From Candidatus Nitrospinota bacterium M3_3B_026 (lineage in GTDB: Bacteria; Nitrospinota_A; UBA7883; JBPRGF01), in assembly GCA_051418015.1 (NCBI GenBank), contig JBPRGF010000033.1, positions 96,001 to 160,000 on the forward strand: a DNA stretch of 64,000 nt. Direction: 5' to 3'. Both the position numbers and the translations under genes were made by a program. Positions 37,062 through 47,652 of this stretch are shown here, in pieces. Position 1 is the stretch's first letter. The number at the start of each line of letters is the position of its first letter. The notes beneath the pieces were generated by a model. It was not told the origin of the DNA and did not search any database. It was given only the letters and a program-made list of their open reading frames with translations.

Positions 37062-38633
37062 ATGGAATACAGACAGTGGCCCTACAAAGAGGCCGCGAGG
37101 ATCGCAAAAAGGCTTGAGCGATTGGGGCGAGAAACCGCCGTGGCGCAGACGGGATACGGCCCGTCCGGCCTTCCGCACATAGGCACCTTCGGCGAAGTGG
37201 CGCGCACGTCTTTCGTCCTCCAGGCCCTGAAGGTCATCGTCCCGGAGATAAGCTCCAGCCTCATCGCTTTTTCCGACGACATGGACGGGCTGCGGGAGGC
37301 GCCGGCGAACATACCGAACAGGGACATGGTCAAAGAACACCTGGGCAAGCCCCTGACCGCCGTGCCGGACCCTTTCGGGGAGGAGCCCTCCTACGCCCAT
37401 TACATGAACAGGAAGCTGCGGGAGTTTCTGGACTCTTTCGGGTTCGAGTACGAGTTCGCCTCCGCCACTGATAAATACAGGTCCGGCGCGTTCAACGAGG
37501 GGCTTTCGCGGGTGATGGCCAACTACGAGAGGATCAGGGAGCTTTTCACCGGCACGATAGCCGAGGAGAAGCGCGCCTCCTGGAGCCCGTTCTTTCCTAT
37601 ATGCGAAAACTGCGGGAGGATATACTCCACCCTCGTGACGGACTATGACAAGGAGAAGAACACCGTGGCCTACTCCTGCGAGGTTTCGCAGGGGGGCAGG
37701 TTCGAGGCGTGCGGCCACAAGGGCGAAGTCGGCATATTCGACGGGACCCTCAAGGTGGGGTGGAAGGTGGACTGGGCTTTGCGCTGGTTCTCGCTGGGCG
37801 TGGACTATGAAATGCACGGGGAGGACCTGCTGGAGTCCGCCAGGCTCTCCTCGAAGATCGTCAGGACGCTTGGGGGGGCGCCGCCGGAGCTTTTCAAGTA
37901 CGAGCTGTTTTTAGACGAGCAGGGGCGGAAGATATCCAAGAAACTCGGCAACGGTGTATCCATTGACCAGTGGCTGGCCTACGGGCCCGTGGACTCGCTT
38001 TTGTACTTCATGTACACAAAGCCCCAGCAGACCAAACGCATGGGGCTGCCCATACTGCCGAAGATCATCGACCAGTACATAGAGACAATCGCCAGGAGCG
38101 ACGGTTCGGAGGACTCCCCGGCGTTCTTCGTGGACAGGCTGGCCAAGGGCGCGCACGCTGGCGCCATACACGGCGAGAAGATCGTGAACTACTCCATGAT
38201 ATACGACCTCATCATCACGCTGAACGCCCCCAGCCACGACATCGTCCGGGAATACCTGCTGCGGTACCAGCCCGAGATAGCGGAGAACATGGAGTACTAC
38301 GACGAGTTGATCGAGCACGCCATGCTGTATTACCGCGAGGTCTATCTGCCGTCGAGGAAAGAAGAGGCGCCGGGAAGAGAGATGGACGAGGCGGCGGCGG
38401 CTTTCGCCGGCGGGCTGGAAAAGCTCGACCAAGTAGAGCCCGAGGCTGTCCAGAGCCTTGCTTTCCAGATCGCCAAAGATCACGGCGTGAAGCCGAAGGA
38501 CTGGTTCACCACCCTCTATCGCATATTCCTGCGCCAGTCCTCCGGCCCCAGGATCGGCAGCTTCATCACGTTGATCGGCGTGGACAAGGCCGTGGAGATA
38601 CTGCGGGAGCATCTCGGGGAAAGGGAGGCTTGA
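37062..38633 (+). CDS. lysS: Lysyl-tRNA synthetase, class I
   Basis: QTGYGPSGLPHIGT, SDDMDGLR, WKVDWALRW, KISKKLGNG, GPRIGSF. Confidence 0.95.
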   Translation: MEYRQWPYKEAARIAKRLERLGRETAVAQTGYGPSGLPHIGTFGEVARTSFVLQALKVIVPEISSSLIAFSDDMDGLREAPANIPNRDMVKEHLGKPLTAVPDPFGEEPSYAHYMNRKLREFLDSFGFEYEFASATDKYRSGAFNEGLSRVMANYERIRELFTGTIAEEKRASWSPFFPICENCGRIYSTLVTDYDKEKNTVAYSCEVSQGGRFEACGHKGEVGIFDGTLKVGWKVDWALRWFSLGVDYEMHGEDLLESARLSSKIVRTLGGAPPELFKYELFLDEQGRKISKKLGNGVSIDQWLAYGPVDSLLYFMYTKPQQTKRMGLPILPKIIDQYIETIARSDGSEDSPAFFVDRLAKGAHAGAIHGEKIVNYSMIYDLIITLNAPSHDIVREYLLRYQPEIAENMEYYDELIEHAMLYYREVYLPSRKEEAPGREMDEAAAAFAGGLEKLDQVEPEAVQSLAFQIAKDHGVKPKDWFTTLYRIFLRQSSGPRIGSFITLIGVDKAVEILREHLGEREA

Positions 38634-38661
38634 GCGGCGGGGCGTTTTGGCGCCCGGGTTG

Positions 38662-39618
38662 TCAGATAAATTCGCTTATAAGGCCGCTGTCGCGGGCCTC
38701 GGCCAGTATCCTCCTGGCCCATTTTATGTCCGTGTCGATCTGGTCTTTCAGCTCCTCCACGGAGCCGAAAGCCTTCTCGTCCCTCAGCCTCTCCACGAAA
38801 AAGACCTCCACCTCCGTGCCATAAAGCTCCCCCTCCATGTCCAGCAGGTGGACCTCCACGATGAAGTCATCGCGGTTGAAAGTGGGGTTGAACCCGATGT
38901 TCAAGACCCCCTCATGCCACTCGCCCGGCCCGACCCGCGCGAAGACGGCGTACACTCCCACGGCGGGTATCACCTCGTATGGCGTCTCCAGGTTGGCCGT
39001 GGGGAAGCCTATGGCCCTGCCCCTCATGTAGCCGGAGACGACCCTGCCGGCAATGGAGTAATACCTCCCGAGTCTTTTCGTCGCTTCGCCGATCTCCCCT
39101 TCCAGCAGGTAGTCCCTGACGCAGGTGGATGAAACCCTCGTCCCATCCACCATCACGGGCTCCACGACCTCCACGCCGAAGCCAAGCTCCGCCCCCATTT
39201 TCCGCAGGTAGTCTATGGTCCCCAGCTTGCCTTTGCCGAAGGAGTAGTCGTGCCCCACGAAGACCGTCTCCATCCCCAGCCCCTCCTTGAGCTTCCGGGC
39301 GAAGTCGCGTGGGTGCATGGCGGCGAAGGCCCGGTCGAAATCAGCGAGAATGGTCACGTCGATCCCGCGGGCGGCGATAAGCTCCATCTTCTTCTTGAAA
39401 GTGGTAAGGAGGCTGAAGCCGCTGTCCGGGGCCAGTATTTTCAGGGGATGCGGCTCGAAGGTGTAGACGACGGCGGTTCCGCCGACCTCCCGGACGCGCT
39501 GGATGACCTTCTTGAAGATGGTCTGGTGGCCGATGTGAACCCCGTCGAAGTTGCCCAGGGTGACGACCGGCTTCTCAAGCCCCGGCTCAAGGTTTCTAAG
39601 TCCGCGTACTATTCTCAC
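38662..39618 (-). CDS. ribF: Bifunctional riboflavin kinase / FAD synthetase
   Basis: GNFDGVHIGHQ, TFEPHP, VSST, GFPTANL, EVHLLD, LRDEKAF. Confidence 0.97.
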   Translation of the reverse strand: MRIVRGLRNLEPGLEKPVVTLGNFDGVHIGHQTIFKKVIQRVREVGGTAVVYTFEPHPLKILAPDSGFSLLTTFKKKMELIAARGIDVTILADFDRAFAAMHPRDFARKLKEGLGMETVFVGHDYSFGKGKLGTIDYLRKMGAELGFGVEVVEPVMVDGTRVSSTCVRDYLLEGEIGEATKRLGRYYSIAGRVVSGYMRGRAIGFPTANLETPYEVIPAVGVYAVFARVGPGEWHEGVLNIGFNPTFNRDDFIVEVHLLDMEGELYGTEVEVFFVERLRDEKAFGSVEELKDQIDTDIKWARRILAEARDSGLISEFI

Positions 39619-39639
39619 GGCCTGATGGCGGGGACGAGG

Positions 39640-40719
39640 TCAATCACCAAAGCTTACGCCGATCCGCCTGGCCGTCACCACGTGGGAGCCGTCCAGCTCC
39701 ACCTTCTTCATCTGGTGCAGCGCTTCGGTCATGGGCACGGCGATTATCCGCGGGGTGCGAAGGGCCACCATGTGGTCGAACTTGCCCTCGTGGGCCATGG
39801 CCACCGCCTCGCTGCCGTAACGGGTGGCCAGGATCCTGTCGAACGCCGAGGGGCTGCCGCCTCTTTGTATGTGGCCAAGCACCGTCGCGCGGGACTCAAG
39901 CCGCGTGATCTTTTCTATCTCATTGGCCACCCATCCCCCTATCCCGCCCAGGCGGATCGTCTCCGGCGCTCCCTCCACCGCTCGTTTCACGATCTTCTCC
40001 CCACCCCGGGGCGCGGCCCCCTCCGCCACCACGACGACGGTGAAATGCTTGCTCCGTCCCTTCCTCTCGTATATCTTCTCCGCGATCTTCTCGATATCGA
40101 AGGGGATCTCCGGTATCAGGATGATGTGCGCCCCGCCGGCCAGGCCCGCCGCCACGGCGATCCATCCCGCGTACCGGCCCATCACCTCCACCACCATCAC
40201 CCGGTGGTGCGACTCCGCCGTCGTATGTATCTTGTCCAGCGCGTCCATCACCGTCGTTATGGCCGTGTCGAAGCCGAAGGTGACGTCGGTCGCGGAGAGG
40301 TCGTTGTCTATGGTCTTGGGGATGCCGACTATGTTCAACCCCTTGGCGGAGAGACGGTGGGCGATGTCCAGCGTCCCGTCGCCGCCGATGACCAGCAGGC
40401 AGTCCAGGCGGTTCCTGTGATAGTTGTCCACCACGACGTCGGAGACGTCTCTTTTTGTCAGGGCGCCGTTTATGTACTCGGCGTATTCGAAGGGGTTGTC
40501 CCTGTTGGACGAGCCCAGGATGGTCCCGCCCCGGGGTAGCAGGCCGGATATCCTCTTCAGGTCGAGAGGATGCGTCCTGTTCTTTATGAGGCCGGAGAAG
40601 CCGTCGCGGACTCCCACCACCTCGTCGTTGTACTGGTGGCTGGCGGTTTTCACGACCGCCCGTATGACGGCGTTGAGGCCGGGGCAGTCTCCCCCGCCGG
40701 TCAGTATCCCTATTCTCAT
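39640..40719 (-). CDS. pfkA: 6-phosphofructokinase
   Basis: TGGGDCPGLN, GGDGT, PKTIDND, EVMGR, LGHIQRGG. Confidence 0.95.
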   Translation of the reverse strand: MRIGILTGGGDCPGLNAVIRAVVKTASHQYNDEVVGVRDGFSGLIKNRTHPLDLKRISGLLPRGGTILGSSNRDNPFEYAEYINGALTKRDVSDVVVDNYHRNRLDCLLVIGGDGTLDIAHRLSAKGLNIVGIPKTIDNDLSATDVTFGFDTAITTVMDALDKIHTTAESHHRVMVVEVMGRYAGWIAVAAGLAGGAHIILIPEIPFDIEKIAEKIYERKGRSKHFTVVVVAEGAAPRGGEKIVKRAVEGAPETIRLGGIGGWVANEIEKITRLESRATVLGHIQRGGSPSAFDRILATRYGSEAVAMAHEGKFDHMVALRTPRIIAVPMTEALHQMKKVELDGSHVVTARRIGVSFGD

Positions 40720-40833
40720 TTCACGCCTCCGCTGGCCGCCCTCTTTCCATCCTCGCCATTATAACCCCCGCGTTGGCCCGGGGCCGCGTTCGGAGTAGAA
40801 TATCAGAATACGCGACTCCGCCGGGAGCTTACG

Positions 40834-43068
40834 ATGGAAAGGAAAGTGGAAGTCGGCGTTGGGGGGATGACCTGCGCCGCCTGCGTGCGCAGGGTGGAGA
40901 ACAGCCTGAAAAAACGGGAAGGCGTCCTCGACGCCTCGGTCAACCTCGCCACGGAGTCCGCCACGATACGTTTCGACCCGCGTGCGGCGGACGTGGAGTC
41001 CATAAAAGAATGGATATCAGGATCCGGTTACAAGCCATACGACATAACCTCCGGGGCCATCGGTCCGGAGGATGAAAAACGCCGGAGCGATGAGACAAGG
41101 GCCGCCCTGAAAAGGCTCGCCGTCTCCGCCCTGCTTACGGCGCCGGTCATGCTCCTTTCCATGAAAGACCATTTCGGCCTCGCCGGGCTCATCCCCGCCG
41201 GGCTGGACAAGGCGCTCATGTTCGCCCTCAGTACGCCGGTAATGTTCTGGGCCGGAGCGCCTTTCATGGTTGGGGCCGTCAAGGCCGCAAGACAGAAAAC
41301 GTCCGACATGAACACGCTAATAGCGGTGGGGACGCTCTCGGCCTACGGCTACTCGACGGTGAGCGCCTTCGCTCCGGGCCTGGTGGCCGTGGACGGCGCC
41401 GCCCCGCCGGTCTATTTCGAAACCGCCGCGATGATAATAACCCTCATCCTGATGGGCAAATTCCTGGAGGCCAGGGCGAAGGGCCGCGCCTCGGACGCCA
41501 TCCGCAAACTGATGAGCCTTGCGCCCCGGAGGGCGAGGGTGATCCGCGGCGGGGCGGAGCTTGAGATACCGGCCGAGGCGGTGGCGGCCGGAGACGTCGT
41601 TGTCGTCAGGCCGGGCGAGGCGATACCTGTCGACGGGACGGTACTGGAGGGATCGTCGTCGGTCGACGAATCGATGATAACCGGAGAGTACATCCCCGCC
41701 TCCAAGGCGCCGGGGGACACGGTGACCGGGGGGACGGTGAATAAAACGGGGTCGTTCACCTTCACTGCGACGAAGATTGGGGCCCAGACCGTTCTCGCGA
41801 GGATCATAAGACTCGTCCGCGAGGCCCAGGGCAGCAAAGCGCCCGTCCAGAAACTGGCCGACATCGTAGCCTCCTGGTTCGTCCCGGCGGTGATAGGGGT
41901 GGGGGTGGCCTCCTTTATCGTCTGGCACAGCCTCGGCCCGGAGCCGCGGTTCGTCCGGGCGCTGGTGATATTCGTCTCCGTGCTCATCATAGCCTGCCCC
42001 TGCGCCCTGGGGCTGGCCACTCCGGTGGCTGTCATGGTAGGGACGGGCCGGGGCGCGGAGCTTGGGATACTCGTGAAAAGCGGCGAGGCCCTGGAGAAGG
42101 CGGCCACGGTGGATACGGTGATCTTCGACAAGACGGGAACCATAACGAAAGGCGTCCCAAGGGTGAAAAACGTGATTCCCCTGGACGGCGTTCCCGAGGA
42201 GGATGTTCTGGCCCTCGCCGCGGCGGTGGAGAGCCGGTCGGAGCACCCGCTGGGCGCCGCCGTTCTCCGCGCCGCCGAGGAGCGGGGGCTCTCCGCCCCG
42301 GCCGGCGGGGATTTCAGGCACACCGCCGGGGCCGGCGTCGAAGCGGTGGTGGACGGGGAGCGGGTGGCCGTCGGCTCCCTCAGGCTGATGGAGAAGCTCG
42401 GCGGCTCCCAGGCGCTGGAGGAGGCGCGAAAAGCCATGGCGGATGGCGGGGCCACCCTCCTTTTCGCCATGCGTGGAGGGCGGATGGTGGGGGCGATAAG
42501 CGTCGAGGACACCATAAAGCCCGAGGCCGCCGAGGCCGTGGCGGAGCTTGAGAGAATGGGGATTTCCGTCATAATGATTACCGGGGACACCAGCGCCGCC
42601 GCGGAGGCCGTTGCCCGGGAGACGGGGATAAAAAAGTTTCTGGCCGGCGTTCTGCCGGAGGAGAAGGCCCGGGAAGTTGAAAAGCTCCAGGCCGAGGGGC
42701 GGAAAGTGGCCATGGTCGGCGACGGGATAAACGACGCCCCGGCCCTTGCCAGGGCGGACGCCGGTATCGCCATGGGGCAGGGGACCGACATCGCCATGGA
42801 GTCCGGCGACATGGCGCTGATGACAGGCGACCCACGGACCGCGGCGGCGGCGCTCTCTCTTGGCGCGGCGGTGATGCGGGTCATCAGGCAGAACCTGTTC
42901 TGGGCCTTCGCTTACAACGTCACGTTGATACCCGTGGCGGCGGGGGGTCTGTATCCTGTCTGGGGGATAACGTTGAAACCCGTCCTGGCGGCGGCGGCGA
43001 TGGCTTTCTCGTCGGTCACGGTGGTCATGAACTCGCTCCGGTTGAAATCGTTCGCTCCGCGGCGATAA
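40834..43068 (+). CDS. copA: Cu(I)-translocating P1B-type ATPase
   Basis: GMTCAAC metal-binding domain, [32 protein letters not shown]. Confidence 0.95.
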   Translation: MERKVEVGVGGMTCAACVRRVENSLKKREGVLDASVNLATESATIRFDPRAADVESIKEWISGSGYKPYDITSGAIGPEDEKRRSDETRAALKRLAVSALLTAPVMLLSMKDHFGLAGLIPAGLDKALMFALSTPVMFWAGAPFMVGAVKAARQKTSDMNTLIAVGTLSAYGYSTVSAFAPGLVAVDGAAPPVYFETAAMIITLILMGKFLEARAKGRASDAIRKLMSLAPRRARVIRGGAELEIPAEAVAAGDVVVVRPGEAIPVDGTVLEGSSSVDESMITGEYIPASKAPGDTVTGGTVNKTGSFTFTATKIGAQTVLARIIRLVREAQGSKAPVQKLADIVASWFVPAVIGVGVASFIVWHSLGPEPRFVRALVIFVSVLIIACPCALGLATPVAVMVGTGRGAELGILVKSGEALEKAATVDTVIFDKTGTITKGVPRVKNVIPLDGVPEEDVLALAAAVESRSEHPLGAAVLRAAEERGLSAPAGGDFRHTAGAGVEAVVDGERVAVGSLRLMEKLGGSQALEEARKAMADGGATLLFAMRGGRMVGAISVEDTIKPEAAEAVAELERMGISVIMITGDTSAAAEAVARETGIKKFLAGVLPEEKAREVEKLQAEGRKVAMVGDGINDAPALARADAGIAMGQGTDIAMESGDMALMTGDPRTAAAALSLGAAVMRVIRQNLFWAFAYNVTLIPVAAGGLYPVWGITLKPVLAAAAMAFSSVTVVMNSLRLKSFAPRR

Positions 43069-43122
43069 GATTGTAATGAAAAACTCGTCCCGTGGAATGA
43101 ATGGGAACCAGCCAACCCCGGT

Positions 43123-45462
43123 ATGCGATCGAAGATGAGCATCGAGCATATCCAGCGATGGTTTGACGCCGCGTTGGGTAAAATCCAGCTTCTCGCGCTC
43201 ATTGTGGACCATGACGGGAAAATAGTCTCCGCCAACGACTTCACCGCCGAGACGACCGGATGGTCCCGCGAGGTCCTGACCGGCGAAAGCTGGCTGGAGT
43301 TTTTTGTCCCGGAGAGGGCGGAGCGCGAAAGGGTCAGGAAAAACCTCGATCTCATCCTGCGCGGGGACGAGGCCGCCCCCGAGGGCTTGCAATGCCGGAT
43401 CATCTCGAAGACCGGCGGCTCCAGGATCGTATCCTGGAGCTTCGGCCCACTCGGCGACATGAACGGCGTCATCATGATCGGCAAGGACATAACGGAGATA
43501 GCCAGGGCCGAAGAGGAGAAAAACAGGCAGAGGGATTTTCTGGCCGACACCCTGGAGGCGCTGACCCATCCTCTCTACGTGATAGACGCCGCCGACTACA
43601 CGATAGTCATGGCCAATTCCGCCGCGGGTTTCGGCAAGCTCTCGGGGCGGGAGAAGTGCTACGAGCTGACGCACCACAGAAGCTCCCCCTGCGACGACCC
43701 TGACAACGAGTGCCCCCTGGAGATGGTGAAGAGGACGAAACAGCCGGCCAGCGTCAAGCATATCCATTACGACAGGGAGGGAAGGGCGCGGTACGTTGAG
43801 GTGTTCGGCTATCCCGTGCTGGACGAGAGCGGCGCCGTTCGGCGGATGATCGAGTACACCATGGACGTAACCGGCCGCGAGATGGCGGACAGGGAACTGA
43901 GAGACAGCCGCCGAAGGTACATAGACATAATAGAGAACATCGCCGAGGCGATCATAGAGATCAACGGCGAGGGCGTGATAACCATCTGGAACAAGGCGGC
44001 GGAGCGGATATTCGGGTACACCGCCGCGGAGGCCATCGGCGAAAACATCACCATGGTGATCCCGCCGGAGCTCCGTAAAGACCACGAGATGTTGTTGAAA
44101 AAAGCGGAGGAGAACGCGCGCGGCGGATATCCGGCCAGTCCCGTCGAGGTCATGGGGCTCAGGAAGAACGGGGCCAGGCCCCCCGTGGAGCTTCTTGTCT
44201 CCATGACCGGCGGCGAAGGGGAGCGCCGGTTCACCGGGATACTCCGGGACCTCACCGAGCAGAAGCGGAACCGCGAGGCCCTCATCCGTGCGGAGAGCCT
44301 CGGCGCCGTGGGGAGGCTCCTTTCGGGGATAGCGCACGAGCTCAACAACCCTCTCACGGCGATAATGGGATACAGTGAGGCGGCCCTGGGCCACGATGGC
44401 CTGCCGGAGCCGCTGCGCCGGGACATCGAAATGGTTCTGAACGAATCCCGCAGAAGCTCAGGGATAGTTCGAGGTCTCCTGAACTTCGTCAGGAAAAGGC
44501 CGGCGAGCAAAACGCGGGTGGAGATCGGCGGGCTCGTGATGAAGGTCCTTTCGTTGAAAGCGTACCAGCTGAGGCTGGACAACATAGAGATTCAGACGGA
44601 CCTCGTCGGCGGCCTCCCCTGCGTCATGGCGGACGAGGGGCAGATACAGCAGGTCTTCCTGAATCTCGTCCAGAACGCCCACGACGCCATACAGGAGACC
44701 GGAGTGCCCGGCTGGATAGCCGTAAGAGGCCGGGCGCGGGACGGGATGCTTTTGCTGGAGTTCGAAAACTCCGGCCCGCCGATCCGCGCCGTAGAGATCG
44801 AAAGGATATTCGAGTTTTTCTACACCACGAAAGAGGCCGGGCGCGGCTCCGGGTTGGGGCTTGCCATATGCCATGGCATCGTGGAGGAGCACGGGGGGCG
44901 GCTCTCGGCGCGGAACACGGCGGATGGCGTATTGTTTACCGTCGAGCTGCCGGCCTGCGAGAGAGGCGAATGCGGGCCGGAGCCGCCGGGGGATGGTGAG
45001 CTTCCCGACGGGGCGAACAAAAAGGCTCTCATCGTCGACGACGAGCCTTCCGTCAGGAGCGTTCTTTCCCGCTATCTGGGGAAAAGAGGGTTCGAAGTGG
45101 CCCTGGCCGGAGAGGGGAGGCAGGCCCTTGAAAGGATGGAAAAGGAAAGGGCGGATATAATTATAATCGACCTCATGATGCCCGGCATGAACGGGTTTGA
45201 GCTTTACGGGATTATTCGGGAGCGCTGGCCGGAGACGGCGGAAAGGACGATATTCACCTCCGGCATGGTGGAGCGGGAGGCGGCGCGTTTCGCCGAAACG
45301 GAAGGCAGGATCATCCTCGAAAAACCGTTTGGCAAGGACAGCCTCTACGAGGCGGTCATCTCCACTCTTAAACGGGCGTCCGGTATGGAGGCGGCGGGAC
45401 AAGATGGAAAAAATCAGGCGGCTTCCCGACATAATCCCGGACACAATTCCGGGGGCTTATGA
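43123..45462 (+). CDS. Cytoplasmic hybrid histidine kinase (3 PAS-HisKA-HATPase-REC)
   Basis: PAS/PAC units, AHELNNPL, NLVQNA, FYTTK..G.GSGLGL, IVDDE...DLMMP...KPF. Confidence 0.92.
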   Translation: MRSKMSIEHIQRWFDAALGKIQLLALIVDHDGKIVSANDFTAETTGWSREVLTGESWLEFFVPERAERERVRKNLDLILRGDEAAPEGLQCRIISKTGGSRIVSWSFGPLGDMNGVIMIGKDITEIARAEEEKNRQRDFLADTLEALTHPLYVIDAADYTIVMANSAAGFGKLSGREKCYELTHHRSSPCDDPDNECPLEMVKRTKQPASVKHIHYDREGRARYVEVFGYPVLDESGAVRRMIEYTMDVTGREMADRELRDSRRRYIDIIENIAEAIIEINGEGVITIWNKAAERIFGYTAAEAIGENITMVIPPELRKDHEMLLKKAEENARGGYPASPVEVMGLRKNGARPPVELLVSMTGGEGERRFTGILRDLTEQKRNREALIRAESLGAVGRLLSGIAHELNNPLTAIMGYSEAALGHDGLPEPLRRDIEMVLNESRRSSGIVRGLLNFVRKRPASKTRVEIGGLVMKVLSLKAYQLRLDNIEIQTDLVGGLPCVMADEGQIQQVFLNLVQNAHDAIQETGVPGWIAVRGRARDGMLLLEFENSGPPIRAVEIERIFEFFYTTKEAGRGSGLGLAICHGIVEEHGGRLSARNTADGVLFTVELPACERGECGPEPPGDGELPDGANKKALIVDDEPSVRSVLSRYLGKRGFEVALAGEGRQALERMEKERADIIIIDLMMPGMNGFELYGIIRERWPETAERTIFTSGMVEREAARFAETEGRIILEKPFGKDSLYEAVISTLKRASGMEAAGQDGKNQAASRHNPGHNSGGL

Positions 45463-47341
45463 ACGCCTCCTGATTTTCGGTGAGCCGGGATCGGGCAAAT
45501 CGACCCTCGCCTCCGACATCGCCCGCGCGTTGTGCAAAAAGGGGATGCGCGCGCGGCTCATAAGCGCCGACCCCGGCTCCCCCGCCTTCGGAGCGCCCGG
45601 GGCCGTGAGCCTTGGCGAGTGGGGCGGTGAAACGTGGAGACTTCTGGACTACGAGGCGCTGCTCTCCCTGAACGCGGCCCGTTTCCGTCTTCCCCTGATC
45701 CAGGCCGTCCGAAGGCTCATACAACGCTCTTCCGCCGGGCAGACCATCATCGACGCGCCGGGTGTAACAAGAGGCGTCGGCGGCGCGGAGCTTCTGGCCG
45801 GGCTCGTCGAAGCCGCGGGGGCTGGGGCCATCCTTGCCCTCTCACGGGAGGGGGAGGACCCGCCGCTTTCAGACGAGCTTTCCGCGCTCGCCGCGGAGGT
45901 GTTCCTCGCGTCCGCCTCACCCCTTGCCCGCCGCCCCGGCAAGGGCGAGCTTGCCCGCCGCAGGACGTTGCTGTGGGACGAGTTCCTGTCCAGCGCCGAA
46001 GAACGCGAGCTTGTTCTGGACGATTACGCGGTTATCGGGACTCCTCCCCCGGTCAGCGTCCGCGAGGAGTGGATCGGCCGCCAGGCCGCGCTGCTTTCCG
46101 GCGATGGAAGGACGCTTGGCATGGGGGAGATAACCGCCATGGACGGCGCAGCCGTCGCCGTGAGGCTCCGCGGAGAGACGGAAGGCGCGCGCGCCATCCT
46201 CGTCCGCGACGCGAAGCGGGTGGCGGACGGGCTTTTGAGGACGGCGCCGAGGCGCTCCGAAAACGGCCTCCGCCATGCTCCGCCGCCAAAGACGCCAACC
46301 AGCCCGGGATACAGCCGCGTCGTGGGACCCCGCCCCATCGTCCGCGCCGGGGCGGTGACGGCCAGCCTGGTGAACGGCGTGTTCGGCGACCCTCTCCTGA
46401 CCCTGCGCCCCAGGCTGCGCAAGCGCCATATCCTTTTCGACATGGGCGGGGCGGAGCGGCTGCCGGCCAGGGCAACCCACCAGGTCACCGATGTTTTCAT
46501 AACACACGCCCACATAGACCACATCGGCGGCTTCCTCTGGCTGTTGCGCTCGCGGATAGGCTTTTTCCCCACGGTAAGGATCTTCGGCCCGCCGGGAATA
46601 TCAGGGAACATCATGGGCATGATAAACGGCGTACTCTGGGACAGGATCGGCGGCAGGGGACCAAGGTTCGAAGTAGGCCAGTTCGACGGCGAAAGAATCG
46701 AAAGAAGCCTTATCATCGCCGGGGCTCAGGCCGCCGAAAGGCTTGATGACAAAACGGCGCGGGACGGGACGCTGCTGGACGAACCAGAGTTCAGTATTCG
46801 CGCCGCCGCCCTTGACCACGATGGGACGCCGTCGCTTGCCTTCTCCTTTGAAAGCTCCCTGGAGTTGAACGTCCGCAAGGACGCCCTGGCGGCCATGGGC
46901 CAGCCGCCGGGGCCATGGCTCAGCGAGCTTAAAAGAAGGATCGCGGCGAAGGACGAGAAGTCCCCGATAGCCCTTCCCGGCGGCGGGGAAGCCCCGGCCG
47001 GGGCGCTGGCAGAAAAGCTTCTGATCCGCTCCCCCGGCAGAAAGCTCGTCTACGCCGCCGACCTGGCCGACACCCCGGAGAACCGCGAGCGGCTCGTGGC
47101 GCTTGCGCGGGGCGCGAGCGTCCTTTTCCTGGAGGCGGCCTTTCTGGAGGAGGACGCGGACCAGGCGAGGGCCACAGGGCATCTCACCACAAAAGCCTGC
47201 GCCGAGATCGCCCTCGCGGCGGGGGTGGAGCGCCTCGTCCCCTTTCATTTCTCGAAACGGTATGAAGATCGCGTCGAACAGGCCTACGGACAGATCCGGC
47301 GGCTATGCCCCGCCGTCGTCCCCTTCCCGGAGGACATGTGA
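45404..47341 (+). CDS. Fusion of Clp1/Nol9-like P-loop polynucleotide kinase and RNase Z-like metallo-beta-lactamase
   Basis: N-half: GEPGSGKST, ADPGS...G.PG, IIDAPG. C-half: VNGVFGDP, THAHIDH, LDH, GPW, LEAAF, HLT, PFHFSKRY. Confidence 0.75.
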   Translation: MEKIRRLPDIIPDTIPGAYERLLIFGEPGSGKSTLASDIARALCKKGMRARLISADPGSPAFGAPGAVSLGEWGGETWRLLDYEALLSLNAARFRLPLIQAVRRLIQRSSAGQTIIDAPGVTRGVGGAELLAGLVEAAGAGAILALSREGEDPPLSDELSALAAEVFLASASPLARRPGKGELARRRTLLWDEFLSSAEERELVLDDYAVIGTPPPVSVREEWIGRQAALLSGDGRTLGMGEITAMDGAAVAVRLRGETEGARAILVRDAKRVADGLLRTAPRRSENGLRHAPPPKTPTSPGYSRVVGPRPIVRAGAVTASLVNGVFGDPLLTLRPRLRKRHILFDMGGAERLPARATHQVTDVFITHAHIDHIGGFLWLLRSRIGFFPTVRIFGPPGISGNIMGMINGVLWDRIGGRGPRFEVGQFDGERIERSLIIAGAQAAERLDDKTARDGTLLDEPEFSIRAAALDHDGTPSLAFSFESSLELNVRKDALAAMGQPPGPWLSELKRRIAAKDEKSPIALPGGGEAPAGALAEKLLIRSPGRKLVYAADLADTPENRERLVALARGASVLFLEAAFLEEDADQARATGHLTTKACAEIALAAGVERLVPFHFSKRYEDRVEQAYGQIRRLCPAVVPFPEDM

Positions 47342-47652
47342 AAGGCGCGGCGGCCGGTTTCAATCCTTATCCTTTATGGCTATATTCGATTTAACTATGA
47401 TCGGAATATGAAAATTTGGAAATCTTCCCGGACGACGCCGCATCTAAAAGCGGAGAGCCGAAGAGGGGCTTTGATTCTTCGGCCCTGCCGTAAAACAGAG
47501 GGCATGAGTTTTTTTAACAGCAAGGGGCGTTCGCTGTTATATGACGGGGGGACAACCGTGGTTGAGAACGCGGCGCGGCGGCTCCACGCGATGACGGATA
47601 TCTTCCCGCCCGGATATCCGCGGCCTCTTTCCGGCCTCGGCGGGGGACTGGC

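Noticed and set aside
41317..44394. 1025-aa minus-strand ORF
   Set aside because: Antisense to copA and the hybrid kinase, both of which have clear motifs.
47342..47652. Hairpins and an 82-aa ORF upstream of actA (possible Moco riboswitch or leader peptide)
   Set aside because: No recognisable consensus, and the ORF has no SD or motifs.
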